A DNA stretch of 64,000 bases from a virus. Made by a program: the position numbers and the translations under genes. The stretch is from IMG/VR virus record IMGVR_UViG_3300020039_000031; one strand, given 5' to 3'. The notes below the pieces were generated by a model, which saw only the letters and a program-made list of their open reading frames with translations, was not told the origin of the DNA and did no database searches. Shown in pieces: positions 55,580 through 64,000 of this stretch (position 1 is the first letter of the stretch; every line of letters starts with the position of its first letter).

Positions 55580-55951
55580 TGCAAATCCTCCTTCTTTTTA
55601 GCGGGGCGCGGTTCACCTGTATTCTCCACCGCAAGGATGCACATTTATTGATACTCCCGCCGCCAGGACAGCATTTCCCTGACTTGCTCGTTTGTGAGCC
55701 ACACACCCGCTGGAAAGATAGCTACTCTGCCCCGGAACGCGGGATTTCCTCCGGATTGCAACCGGCACCGGCTGGAGGGCTCGAACCTCCACTCCATTCG
55801 TACTGCCGCCGTGATCTTCGGCGACCCAATGGCTGCTACACCCTGACCGGCATATATGGTGGGAGGGGATGGATTTGAACCACCGTACCATTTTGGACTC
55901 ATTTTACACACGTTTACCGTGCGGCGCGCCTGAGTGGGTTTGACCGCTTCC

Positions 55952-56227
55952 CTACCCTCCCATAGTATGTCGAAGATACTCGGCAACCAGATTGTTGTAC
56001 CGAGCACCCTCATCGTACAGTCGCTCAGCTTTGGCTAATTTCCAGCCAAACCAGTGATAAGCCGCGATGTATGTCTCGCGGTCATACAGAACGATATTAC
56101 CGTGTTTTACTCTGTCTCGAACCTCCGCTTGCTTGGCTTTGTTGAACCTGTCCAGCGTTCCGAGATACCCCGTGACCCGGCGAACACGCTCGAAGTTTAC
56201 GCCATTTCCTATGTCCATAGGAGCCAC
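55952..56227 (-). CDS. stand-alone glycyl-radical-motif protein resembling the NrdD C-terminus, copy 1
   Basis: FERVRRVTGYLGTLDRFNKAKQAEVRDRVKH matches the RVCGYLG...FN.GK..E...RVKH tail of enterobacterial NrdD. Confidence 0.55.
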   Translation of the reverse strand: MAPMDIGNGVNFERVRRVTGYLGTLDRFNKAKQAEVRDRVKHGNIVLYDRETYIAAYHWFGWKLAKAERLYDEGARYNNLVAEYLRHTMGG

Positions 56228-56230
56228 ACT

Positions 56231-56638
56231 TCAGTTATGATGCTCTTCCCGCGGAGCAAATAAGCGCTCCCCGATTTCTTTCGGAAGCGGATAAACCAGC
56301 TCATCAACTCCGGTGAAGAGCAGCGGACAGCCTGCACTGTCGTAGGCCGGAATGAGTTTCTCATTTCCTTTGCCAGGACGCATATATGTGTTCATAGACG
56401 TTGGCGGAAGTTCCGCACTGAAAAACTCACCAACCTGAATATCTTTAAGTTTCTTCGGCGTGATAAGGCCAAGGTTGTATTTCTTGTACATATCAACGAT
56501 GTAGTCCACCTCTTTTTCGCTCCTATCGTTGTACCGCTTCATGCGCTTTGTCAGGCGGCCGGAGCACGGCTCCGTGCGAGTTGTAACACCGCACGCATCG
56601 AAGTAGACACACCTAACGCAAGGATGTTTTACCGTCAT
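56231..56638 (-). CDS. zinc-ribbon protein paired with glycyl-radical copy 1
   Basis: N-terminal CVRCVYFDACGVTTRTEPCSG. Confidence 0.4.
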   Translation of the reverse strand: MTVKHPCVRCVYFDACGVTTRTEPCSGRLTKRMKRYNDRSEKEVDYIVDMYKKYNLGLITPKKLKDIQVGEFFSAELPPTSMNTYMRPGKGNEKLIPAYDSAGCPLLFTGVDELVYPLPKEIGERLFAPREEHHN

Positions 56639-56834
56639 AGAAACCTCATTTCATGTGCTCGTGGCACCACGCCAACGACTCGTTGATCCCGGCCAGAACC
56701 CACGCGCCGTCGTCGTCGGGGCCGAGTTCCTCCCTCATGCCCTCCGGAAGTGTATTAATAAACGGCTGACCAGTGCTGTCGTGCTGGATGGGAAGCTCAT
56801 TCCAGTAGAAATCTCGCATTATAGAACACCTCTT

Positions 56835-57293
56835 TTACAGATATTCCATAGGACATAGCCCGAGAATACAGAACCCGGACATCAACCCGTACTCGCTTGC
56901 ATTCCGCAAGATGTATGTGATGCGATGAACCGTATAAGCGCCGGTATAATCTGTGCCGTCCCACTCGCGCAGGACTAAGATATCTCCGGTTTCAAAACCG
57001 CGGTCATCACGACGGATTTCAAAGTTCTTGTCTCTTGCGTGAAAATACCGAGGAAGCGTTTTTAGTTCATGGAATCGTGTTCCAAGTTCCTCAACAATCC
57101 CGTCCTTAGCAGGCTCGAACCCGATGGCGTGGCATCCGTAAAACCCGGTGCGAGAAATGCCAGGGATACATGATTTGCACGGCTCCTCATCGTATCGAAC
57201 ATTGTAGTTGGCGCACATATTGCATGTGCAACGCCTGTCACCAACCTCGAAGCTCAACGGATTTTGGGCTGGATATAACCACGGAAATTGCAT
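56835..57293 (-). CDS. ASCH/PUA-like domain protein with N-terminal Cys cluster
   Basis: CTCNMCANY..CKSC; GDILVLREWDG...YTGAYTVHRI. Confidence 0.3.
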   Translation of the reverse strand: MQFPWLYPAQNPLSFEVGDRRCTCNMCANYNVRYDEEPCKSCIPGISRTGFYGCHAIGFEPAKDGIVEELGTRFHELKTLPRYFHARDKNFEIRRDDRGFETGDILVLREWDGTDYTGAYTVHRITYILRNASEYGLMSGFCILGLCPMEYL

Positions 57294-57347
57294 TGAATCA
57301 TCCTCCGTAGCAAGTATAGTTTTGTTATTGAACTTTACGTATCTACT

Positions 57348-57755
57348 TCATTCTTCAATATCCAAACATGAGATGCCGGTGGATGCAGTGAATATTCGCT
57401 CGCACTCTTCCACAGCGCCATCCCATCCTTTGGAATACTCGTCCGTCGCACCTGCGCCGCCAGCTTCGTGTATATCTCGGAAGAGGTTTGCGAGAAAGGT
57501 GCTATCTGTCACTTCAACCGTTGTTCCAAAACCATTCGATTCTCCGAGCACAATGCTTAGTTTATTTGCGTCCTGAAGATCATCAGATATGATGATTTCA
57601 TTTTCTACAAAGGGGCGGCTTCCCACAAGCGCATCGCAAATCGAATTCCGTAGTGTCTCATAGTTATTACCGTCCGTATGAATTATTAATTCGACCATAA
57701 AAAGAATCCTTTCATCAGACATCGAAAAACCACTCGTCCAAACATCCAACCACAT
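57348..57755 (-). CDS. hypothetical protein
   Basis: 135-aa ORF. Confidence 0.35.
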   Translation of the reverse strand: MWLDVWTSGFSMSDERILFMVELIIHTDGNNYETLRNSICDALVGSRPFVENEIIISDDLQDANKLSIVLGESNGFGTTVEVTDSTFLANLFRDIHEAGGAGATDEYSKGWDGAVEECERIFTASTGISCLDIEE

Positions 57756-58171
57756 CAGAAGAAGACGCGGCGAAGCCCAGCCGCAACCGTTCGTTCCACA
57801 GTGATGCTGCCAAACTCGGGACAGATCGGATCGTCGTGGTTATACACATAAGCAAACACGATCCCGTCAGTGATATCCTCGTTGTCGTAATCCCACTCTT
57901 CCTCGCAGTCGCTTACCCACAGGTAGGCGTCCATCTTCCCATCGGTCGTATAACTGCGGACGACCAGATATACGAGACCGTTGTTTTCCTCTTCGATGGC
58001 GCGGATACGCTCAAGATCCTCGCCCTCAGCCCAGTAGAACGCTCCGAAAGGCGGCTCACTGATGCTGATATACCCGTCCTTCTCAAACTGTTTGATCGTC
58101 TGAGGGAAAATGCCGAGCTTCTTCATGCGGGCAACGGCCTCTGCTTTCTTTGCCTCGATAGGCACTCTCAC
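57755..58171 (-). CDS. hypothetical protein
   Basis: 138-aa ORF. Confidence 0.35.
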   Translation of the reverse strand: MRVPIEAKKAEAVARMKKLGIFPQTIKQFEKDGYISISEPPFGAFYWAEGEDLERIRAIEEENNGLVYLVVRSYTTDGKMDAYLWVSDCEEEWDYDNEDITDGIVFAYVYNHDDPICPEFGSITVERTVAAGLRRVFF

Positions 58172-58605
58172 GCCGGGATCACCTCGTTTCCTTCACGGTG
58201 CGGCTGGCATTTTCCGTACCGCTCATAGTTTTCCCTGATCTTGTCATAGAGCTTCATCGGATCGAAAGACATGAGAGCCGCTGCGCGTTTCGACCGGAAG
58301 AAGTCATCCACATCGGCAAGATTGGCAAGAGCTGTGAACCGATACATCCTTTCGCCGTGCACCGACACAAATTCCCTGCCCGTTTCTTCGATTCGCTTGA
58401 GTGCGTCTTTTGCGTCCTCATAATCCTGAACCGCTCTATCAATGACAGCGGCGGCGAGCAGTACATACCCGTCGTCGCCGGTCATCGTGTGCTTTACGCG
58501 ATCTTTTTCCTCGGCCTTCTTCGCATCATTGAACCTATCGAGAGTGCCGAGATACCCGGTCACACGCCGGACTCTCTCGAAGGCGACGCTCTGCCCCGCG
58601 CTCAT
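58168..58605 (-). CDS. stand-alone glycyl-radical-motif protein resembling the NrdD C-terminus, copy 2
   Basis: AFERVRRVTGYLGTLDRFNDAKKAEEKDRVKH; ATGA overlap with the upstream Zn-ribbon gene. Confidence 0.55.
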   Translation of the reverse strand: MSAGQSVAFERVRRVTGYLGTLDRFNDAKKAEEKDRVKHTMTGDDGYVLLAAAVIDRAVQDYEDAKDALKRIEETGREFVSVHGERMYRFTALANLADVDDFFRSKRAAALMSFDPMKLYDKIRENYERYGKCQPHREGNEVIPA

Positions 58606-58784
58606 GCGTTGCAGAACTGTTTCTTGCCCTTCCTCCCGGTATCAGGGCAGATTCCGCCGTTGTGCTTATAGCACCGCTCACAGAAATACTTGTGAGCATC
58701 GGGACGGTAGTTCGTCGGAGAGCCGTCCACATGCAGGACGGGCGCTGTCGTGATCTTTTCCAGCGCATTGGTATACGTTGCCAT
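58602..58784 (-). CDS. zinc-ribbon protein paired with glycyl-radical copy 2
   Basis: 60 aa, CERC...C...C. Confidence 0.4.
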   Translation of the reverse strand: MATYTNALEKITTAPVLHVDGSPTNYRPDAHKYFCERCYKHNGGICPDTGRKGKKQFCNA

Positions 58785-59479
58785 TGTTGTTCCTCCTTAT
58801 CGTTTTGTATTTCTGACAACTCCACTCTGCATTACTCGCGGGCTTGTGACCGCCGTTGGCTGCATTAAAGCCGCGCCTCCATTTAGAGGCGCGGGAATGT
58901 CAAAAGCCGCGCCCCGGGAAGTCGAAAGGGTGCGGGAAATGTGTATTTTATTCAATCTGGTTTTAAGCATATGTGCGTTGCTAGGGAACCGAGCGAGTCT
59001 TCACAGAAAACCCGCGATACCTTCGTGTGGGAGGCGCACCTATTCGCATACGGCGAGGGATGCCGCTGCCCGGTGGAATGTCAGGCTTGTCGAAGTAGGA
59101 GGAGAGCGAATCATCGTTCCAGTCCAACCATTGCCGGTAATCCACATAGTCATAACAGGTGCAATCCGTATACACAATCACCACCTCCTTCCGTTTGATG
59201 CTTTTTGTAAGGCGCGGCTCAACCATGTCAAATCCGCTCCGCTGGGCAGAGGTCGGACCGTTAGCGGCGGCGTTTCAGGGCGATGGAAAACACCAAAAAC
59301 CATCGCACTGGGTGTTTTTTTGCCGCTATTTCTAGGCCCTCTCTGCGTTTACACGGACTTGAGACCGCTCAACCATCGGCGTTCATGGCTGAGTCGCATT
59401 AGACATAGGAAATTGGGGCGGACCGTGTTGATCCGCCCCTGGGGAGAAAGGAGGTAAACCATGAAAAACAAACCCTGGC

Positions 59480-59704
59480 TTATATCATTGCCGGCGCGGT
59501 ATGCCCGGAACCCCACCGGAATAATACCTTATACTGGTCGTTCTCGTCCGGCTTTGTTCCGCGTGTGCCGATGATTTTCGTGCCGTCGGAGACTCTGGCT
59601 GTGAACTTGCCGTTCTCCGCGGAGAACTCAGCATATAGCCGACCGTCAATCTTGTGCAGGAGACGCTCGACCCGCTGCTTGAATTCCAGACCGTTGAGAC
59701 CCAT
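59480..59704 (-). CDS. hypothetical protein
   Basis: 74-aa ORF. Confidence 0.35.
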   Translation of the reverse strand: MGLNGLEFKQRVERLLHKIDGRLYAEFSAENGKFTARVSDGTKIIGTRGTKPDENDQYKVLFRWGSGHTAPAMI

Positions 59705-59963
59705 TATGTATCACCGCCTTCCACTTAAATATGGTTAAAGCCTCGTAGGTGTTGTTACACTTACGAGGCTCATTCCTATATATTTTTGCTATACTGGTAT
59801 TATTTTTATGTCGAACTATTTTCAAGTATAGTTTGCGCTATTACCAATATAATGCACAATCTCGTGGTAAATCACGCCTTGTCAAGTGGTTATTTCCATT
59901 GAAAATCCGTAATGATTGTTATACAATTACCACAAAACTGCCGGTGAAACTAGAAAAACCGTT

Positions 59964-59992
59964 GACTTTTGAAATATACACGAGTATAGTTT
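59964..59992 (+). promoter_or_regulatory. sigma70-like promoter (TTGACT-17-TATAGT) for the plus-strand gene
   Basis: ttgactTTTGAAATATACACGAGtatagt; followed by inverted repeat TTGCAAT-n6-ATTGCAA at 60038-60057. Confidence 0.45.
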
Positions 59993-60082
59993 TGTGCTAG
60001 TTACTGCTCTTTTCGTGGGTGGCATATCAATTCACGATTTGCAATTCATAAATTGCAACCAATTACAATGGGAGGTATTGCT

Positions 60083-60310
60083 ATGACTTTGAAACTTGGC
60101 AAATTGGGTGAGATTGAAGTCGAGGAACTCCGCATTATGGACAACCATGCTCTGCAGAAAATTGCAAACCTCACTGGATTGGACGTAACAAGCGCATACA
60201 TAACCGAATATGATGCGGAACTGTGCTGCGTTGTTTATCCTCGCATCCCGGATGAACTTAATAACCTTGTTGAGGACGCTGTGACTTACTGCGTCGTGTT
60301 ATCCCTATAA
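60083..60310 (+). CDS. small plus-strand protein
   Basis: MTLKLGKLGEIEVEEL... with a GGGAGG RBS; one of the few plus-strand genes. Confidence 0.45.
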   Translation: MTLKLGKLGEIEVEELRIMDNHALQKIANLTGLDVTSAYITEYDAELCCVVYPRIPDELNNLVEDAVTYCVVLSL

Positions 60311-60345
60311 AGAAAAGCCGTCGGAGAAATCCGGCGGCTTATTGT

Positions 60346-61287
60346 TTACAGATTGAATGCCCGTTTATAGGCTTTGTAAAACCAGATGATACTGGCATAA
60401 TTGGCAGAATTTCGGAAGATTTCCAGAACTTTTCCCTGATTTTCAGACTTAAATGCGTCTAACCCTGACACTTGCTCCCATTCCCATAGAGCATGATATC
60501 GTCCGGATTTCCAGACGTTTGAGAACGTGAGACGAGATGGAAAACCCTGCTCTCTATACTTGAGATTGTACCTATTCAGTGCGGAATACACCTGACTTGT
60601 GGTATATTCCCCGCCGAATTTCTCGGAGTTCCTCGGCAGAAACCTTTTGAGATAGGCGTCCGTCGAACGGTCCTTGATAACCTCGTAGACCGTCGTATGG
60701 TTTTCCCTCTGGCCTACGGTCGTTTCCTCAAATTCCTGCAAAATATCCGCAATTCGATCGGAAAAGCCGTCCACGATTATATTCCCGGCTGCATCATAAA
60801 CCCGTCTTACATTTAGATCGACATGAGCTTCCCGCAAATCTATGATTTCTTTTTGCTGCAAACCAAGCCAAGCAAAAGCCATGATTACAGGCTGCGGATA
60901 CCCTTCATTGAACGCACAAACCTTGCGCATGGAGTATATCAGATCGTTTTCATCGCGGAATAAAACCCTTGAAATCGACGGAGAAATATCCAAATCCGGG
61001 TTACAAACCTGCAAAAACCCGTCGTTTGTCTCCATAATTCCGTTGGTTTTACACCATTCGATATATGCTTTGATTACTATGCGAAGATTATAAATCATCT
61101 GTATGCCCGTCATATCCATAGAATCAATAGCAAGCATAGCCTGATTAACCGTCATCACCGCAACATCTGCTCCGACTGCAATTTCCCCAGGCTCTGTCCT
61201 ACTGAAAAGCCCGTGTGTTGTGCGGTAGTCCTTGTGCTGTGGACAGTATTCATTCAAAAACCGCTCTTTGATTTCCTCATTATACAT
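60346..61287 (-). CDS. MYNEE-paralog 2, divergent recombinase-like protein
   Basis: shares the N-terminus MYNEE.K.R(Y/F) and overall layout with 21197..22183; the box-I Arg position reads GLQQKE. Confidence 0.3.
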   Translation of the reverse strand: MYNEEIKERFLNEYCPQHKDYRTTHGLFSRTEPGEIAVGADVAVMTVNQAMLAIDSMDMTGIQMIYNLRIVIKAYIEWCKTNGIMETNDGFLQVCNPDLDISPSISRVLFRDENDLIYSMRKVCAFNEGYPQPVIMAFAWLGLQQKEIIDLREAHVDLNVRRVYDAAGNIIVDGFSDRIADILQEFEETTVGQRENHTTVYEVIKDRSTDAYLKRFLPRNSEKFGGEYTTSQVYSALNRYNLKYREQGFPSRLTFSNVWKSGRYHALWEWEQVSGLDAFKSENQGKVLEIFRNSANYASIIWFYKAYKRAFNL

Positions 61288-61653
61288 AAGCTATCACCGA
61301 TGTGATGATAGCACAAACCCGAGTCAAAGTCAAAGACGATTGTTTATAATACCCTGTTGTGTAGATCACTTCCCTTGCCGTGGACGTATAGCAAACGACA
61401 GTATTCCCGTCGTGTGTATGTAAATCCGCGGTTTGTTGAACGATACCGCAAAACGCTTGACTATACGCTATGTATAGAAATCCTGCGGGTTCTAAGGGAT
61501 TGCCCGCTTCGCCGCATACTCATTCATCCCTGATATGCCGGTGCCGTTCCTGCTACTCTCACAGTAGAACGAGCCAATCACCGTGACGAAAACCTTATAC
61601 AGGTATGGAATACCGCTTGTTTAGGGGACAAACGGTCGAGAAACCCCGCCGGA

Positions 61654-61908
61654 TCACCTGACAAACCCGTTATAACGGATTGATACGATCGCGTCGTCGA
61701 AAACCTCCGGCGTGCCATTGTCGTACATAATCATGGCACACCCATCCCCGACGCACCAGTCCTCGATTTCTTCGATTTCCCACAGAAAACCGGAGGCGTC
61801 CTCAATGATGACCGTATCGTTTTCCCGGTCAAGCTCGCAGACATACCCGGCCCGCGGGTAAAGCCCCAGTGCTGCTATCAGGGTCATGACCAGAGTGATT
61901 ATCTGCAT
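61654..61908 (-). CDS. small membrane/lipoprotein-like protein
   Basis: 84 aa with hydrophobic N-terminus. Confidence 0.35.
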   Translation of the reverse strand: MQIITLVMTLIAALGLYPRAGYVCELDRENDTVIIEDASGFLWEIEEIEDWCVGDGCAMIMYDNGTPEVFDDAIVSIRYNGFVR

Positions 61909-61917
61909 CAGAAATCC

Positions 61918-62073
61918 CCCTTGTCCGACAGGCCGTCAATCCACGCATCAAGGCGCGGAAATGCCCTGCAAAGCCCGTCCATGATCGCGTCGCTGGCTGC
62001 AAGGATCAGGCAGAATACGCCCGTAAACCCGCACAGCATGAACAGTTTCCAGAATATCTCCATAGTTCTCCCT
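61918..62073 (-). CDS. small membrane peptide (51 aa)
   Basis: MEIFWKLFMLCGFTGVFCLILAAS...; TGATG overlap with the downstream gene. Confidence 0.3.
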
Positions 62074-62187
62074 TTCCGCACAATCGGTTGGTTATCCAGC
62101 TCCGCCGCGTGGAGGCTTGTGCATGGAGCCTGAGCGGGGATTATATTCCCCGCCCTATGATGAAGGAGGACTCCGATGAAATTCCGA

Positions 62188-63168
62188 TTAGGCCGCGGTC
62201 GCTTCCTTCTTCGTCGCGGTCTTGCGCGTGGTTTTCCGCGCAGGCTTCTTTTCCTCAGCCGCGGGGATCTCCACCTTTTCCGCCGTCACCTTGTCCGCCT
62301 TGGGCGTCTTGGGCTCGACTTCGGCCATGTCCTTGTTGGCCTTTTCGCTTTCCGGCGTCTTTTCCCCGCGGGTCTGGCTCTGGAAGTCATACGGGAGCTT
62401 GTTGAACCGGGTATAAGCCGCCCGATACAGGTAGTTGACGATAGTTTCCTCGTTCCGCATGGTATACGCGCCGGCCTTGTCCGCGATTGCCTTGCCCTGA
62501 ATGATGGACGTTTCCAGGAACGTCACGTCGGCGTTAATCATGGTAATGTCGAGCCCAGGGCACACCCATCCCACGATCTGCGTGAGCTGTGCCGCGAGCG
62601 CAGACTTGCTGCACTTCGCCGCGTTGATTTCCCAGCCCATGCGCTTACGCAGGGCGATATACTGCTCAGAAAGCCCCTTACGATTGACGGCAGACTTCTC
62701 GTCGTTCTTGAAGTGCCACTTCGCCACGTTGTCCGCGAAGATGCAGCAGGCGTCCGTGATAGTCGCCTTTTCCACGGGGAATAGAGACTTCACCATGTCA
62801 TACGGGGACACGGCGACGGCAGTATCCTCCGTGATTTCCCATGCCTTGTCCTTGTTGCGGCCGACGGTGAACCCCTTGACGCACTGGGTCCGCATGAAGT
62901 CACGGACGGCGTCAGCCTGCGGCATGGCCTCAAGCTGCTCCAGACGCTCCCGGCGCGCCTCATCGTTGAACAGGGAGATTGCGTCATTCACGGGCTTGAG
63001 CGCGAGGGTGATTTCCTCGTCGGTATGCCCCTCCTCCACGAAAGCGCGGAAGATACCGAAAACGCGCTGGATGTTGGCTGCGAACACGGCAGGGCAATCC
63101 CCCGTGAAGCCGTACTTGTTGCGGAGCTCACCCGCAGTCTTGTTGAGAGCAGACCTATCCTGTGCCAT
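62188..63168 (-). CDS. hypothetical protein with Lys/Ala/Glu-rich C-terminal tail
   Basis: 326-aa ORF, GC-rich; tail KTPKADKVTAEKVEIPAAEEKKPARKTTRKTATKKEATAA. Confidence 0.45.
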   Translation of the reverse strand: MAQDRSALNKTAGELRNKYGFTGDCPAVFAANIQRVFGIFRAFVEEGHTDEEITLALKPVNDAISLFNDEARRERLEQLEAMPQADAVRDFMRTQCVKGFTVGRNKDKAWEITEDTAVAVSPYDMVKSLFPVEKATITDACCIFADNVAKWHFKNDEKSAVNRKGLSEQYIALRKRMGWEINAAKCSKSALAAQLTQIVGWVCPGLDITMINADVTFLETSIIQGKAIADKAGAYTMRNEETIVNYLYRAAYTRFNKLPYDFQSQTRGEKTPESEKANKDMAEVEPKTPKADKVTAEKVEIPAAEEKKPARKTTRKTATKKEATAA

Positions 63169-63479
63169 TTTTCTTTACCTCCATAAAATTTGATTGTTAA
63201 AAATGCACACGTTGACACACTTCGGCAGTATGCCGGCGTATAAATTTTCGTCGCTTTGCTGTTTGCTTTCAGAAGTAAAGACGGACGGCGGCAGGGTATG
63301 GTGATCCCGTCGCCGTCCGATATGTTCACGCCCTATTCATAGGGCTATTGTTTACACTTGTACCTTGTCTTTTTACGCTACGGCTTTTAAGACACTGCGC
63401 CCCTTGCTAACTATACTGGACAAGTCAACAGTATAGCGGCGTCAACCTTAAAGCTACTCACACAGCTAACCGCGCCCAC

Positions 63480-63760
63480 TTCACAACGTATCGAATTTAC
63501 CCACAGCGCCATTGACGGGTTTTCACCGCCAGAGTGGTACGGGACTACTTAACTTGCTATCGTTTTTCGTCCGGCAGGGTAGACTACTCCCCTTATAATC
63601 GCCACGTTGGTACGGACCTTATCAATGTACAGGGCTACTCCATTCGCCTTTTCGCACAGTTTGAAGTTTATAACGGCCACAGACCTACCCACAGGGTAAA
63701 CTTCTCCCCTTGCTAGTCCCATTCTTTCACCGCTATTGTAGGGCATTTACTCCCATAGCT
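63480..63760. repeat. array of degenerate ~20-nt direct repeats (iteron-like)
   Basis: CAGGGTAGACTACTCCCCTT, CAGGGTAAACTTCTCCCCTT, CAGGGCTACTCCATTCGCC, TAGGGCATTTACTCCCATAG, ACGGGACTACTTAACTTGC. Confidence 0.6.
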
Positions 63761-63795
63761 ATTTACGGCTGCTTTCAAGGTACACTTCTGGATAT

Positions 63796-64000
63796 AGCGC
63801 GGGCTCTGCTTTTCGTCGCTTCGCTTGTTGCGCTTTACCGCTTCGCCCTGTCCCCCGTTCGCTGTCGCTGTCCGCCGTTCGTCGGGCTTCAAGGCTCTTT
63901 CAGTATAGCACATTTTGCGCTGCTTGTCAAGCTCTGCTTTTCGTCGCTTCGCTTGTTGCGCTTTACCGCTTCGCCCTGTCCCCCGTTCGCTGTCGCTGTC
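63796..64000. repeat. long direct repeat of ~136-bp period (two copies; the second is truncated by the window end)
   Basis: CTCTGCTTTTCGTCGCTTCGCTTGTTGCGCTTTACCGCTTCGCCCTGTCCCCCGTTCGCTGTCGCTGTC occurs at 63796 and 63932. Confidence 0.85.

Noticed and set aside
55600-55975. tmRNA (ssrA) in the GC-rich non-coding block
   Set aside because: The block has tRNA-like 3' modules with CCA, but no recognisable tag-peptide reading frame and no 5' GGGG acceptor partner at a tmRNA-appropriate distance. The element with a matching 5' half is only ~105 nt.
1-64000. CRISPR arrays
   Set aside because: No regularly spaced short direct repeats with unique spacers were seen. The only arrays are the iteron-like repeats at the right end.

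Overview
Dense, almost entirely minus-strand, phage-like region: probably part of a large dsDNA phage or prophage of a Gram-positive anaerobe, inferred from gene content only. Nothing here was searched against a database. All gene calls rest on motif recognition by eye plus the supplied ORF track.

Content by position:
- 0.3-7.4 kb: nucleotide-metabolism island. dUTPase, anaerobic ribonucleotide reductase NrdD with its activase NrdG, two tandem small CPC..CHC proteins resembling ferredoxin:thioredoxin-reductase catalytic subunits, an NrdH-like redoxin, a deoxyribonucleotidase, a dNMP kinase and a PhoH-like ATPase.
- 8.2-21 kb: replication module. DnaE-type polymerase alpha subunit interrupted by an ~0.8 kb insert carrying an HNH homing endonuclease; primase, DnaB-like helicase, Cas4-like nuclease, SSB and an ERF-type annealing protein.
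- 12.9-15.9 kb: an IS21-family element (istA and istB plus a third ORF) sits inside a PP-loop (PAPS-reductase-like) gene. It has a 5-bp target duplication, and excising it in silico restores the reading frame.
- 16.2-16.8 kb: a C5-cytosine methyltransferase is frameshifted at a G8 homopolymer tract.
- 22-31 kb: MazF-like toxin, cysteine desulfurase, an RNA-repair cluster (Pnkp-like kinase-phosphatase-ligase, two metallophosphoesterases, a SLOG protein), then a tRNA next to a tyrosine integrase.
- 36-43 kb: NAD salvage genes (PncA-like nicotinamidase; PnuC, an NMN adenylyltransferase and a ribosylnicotinamide-kinase-like P-loop protein) and an SPFH protein.
- tRNAs: about 10 tRNA or tRNA-like genes, in two arrays at 39.3-40.1 kb and 44.5-44.6 kb plus four single loci.
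- 45.2-50.6 kb: a tight co-directional cassette of a 495-aa protein, a JAB/JAMM protease, a minimal E1 (ThiF-like) enzyme, a C-type-lectin-like protein and a non-DGR reverse transcriptase. It is bracketed by copies of a repeated palindrome. A ThiS/MoaD-like beta-grasp protein lies just upstream.
- 55.9-58.8 kb: two paralogous Zn-ribbon + glycyl-radical-motif gene pairs. They reproduce the C-terminal module of an E. coli-type NrdD and may be spare-part radical domains.
- 59.7-64 kb: a promoter/operator region, a second copy of a divergent recombinase-like paralog, iteron-like repeats and a ~136-bp direct repeat.
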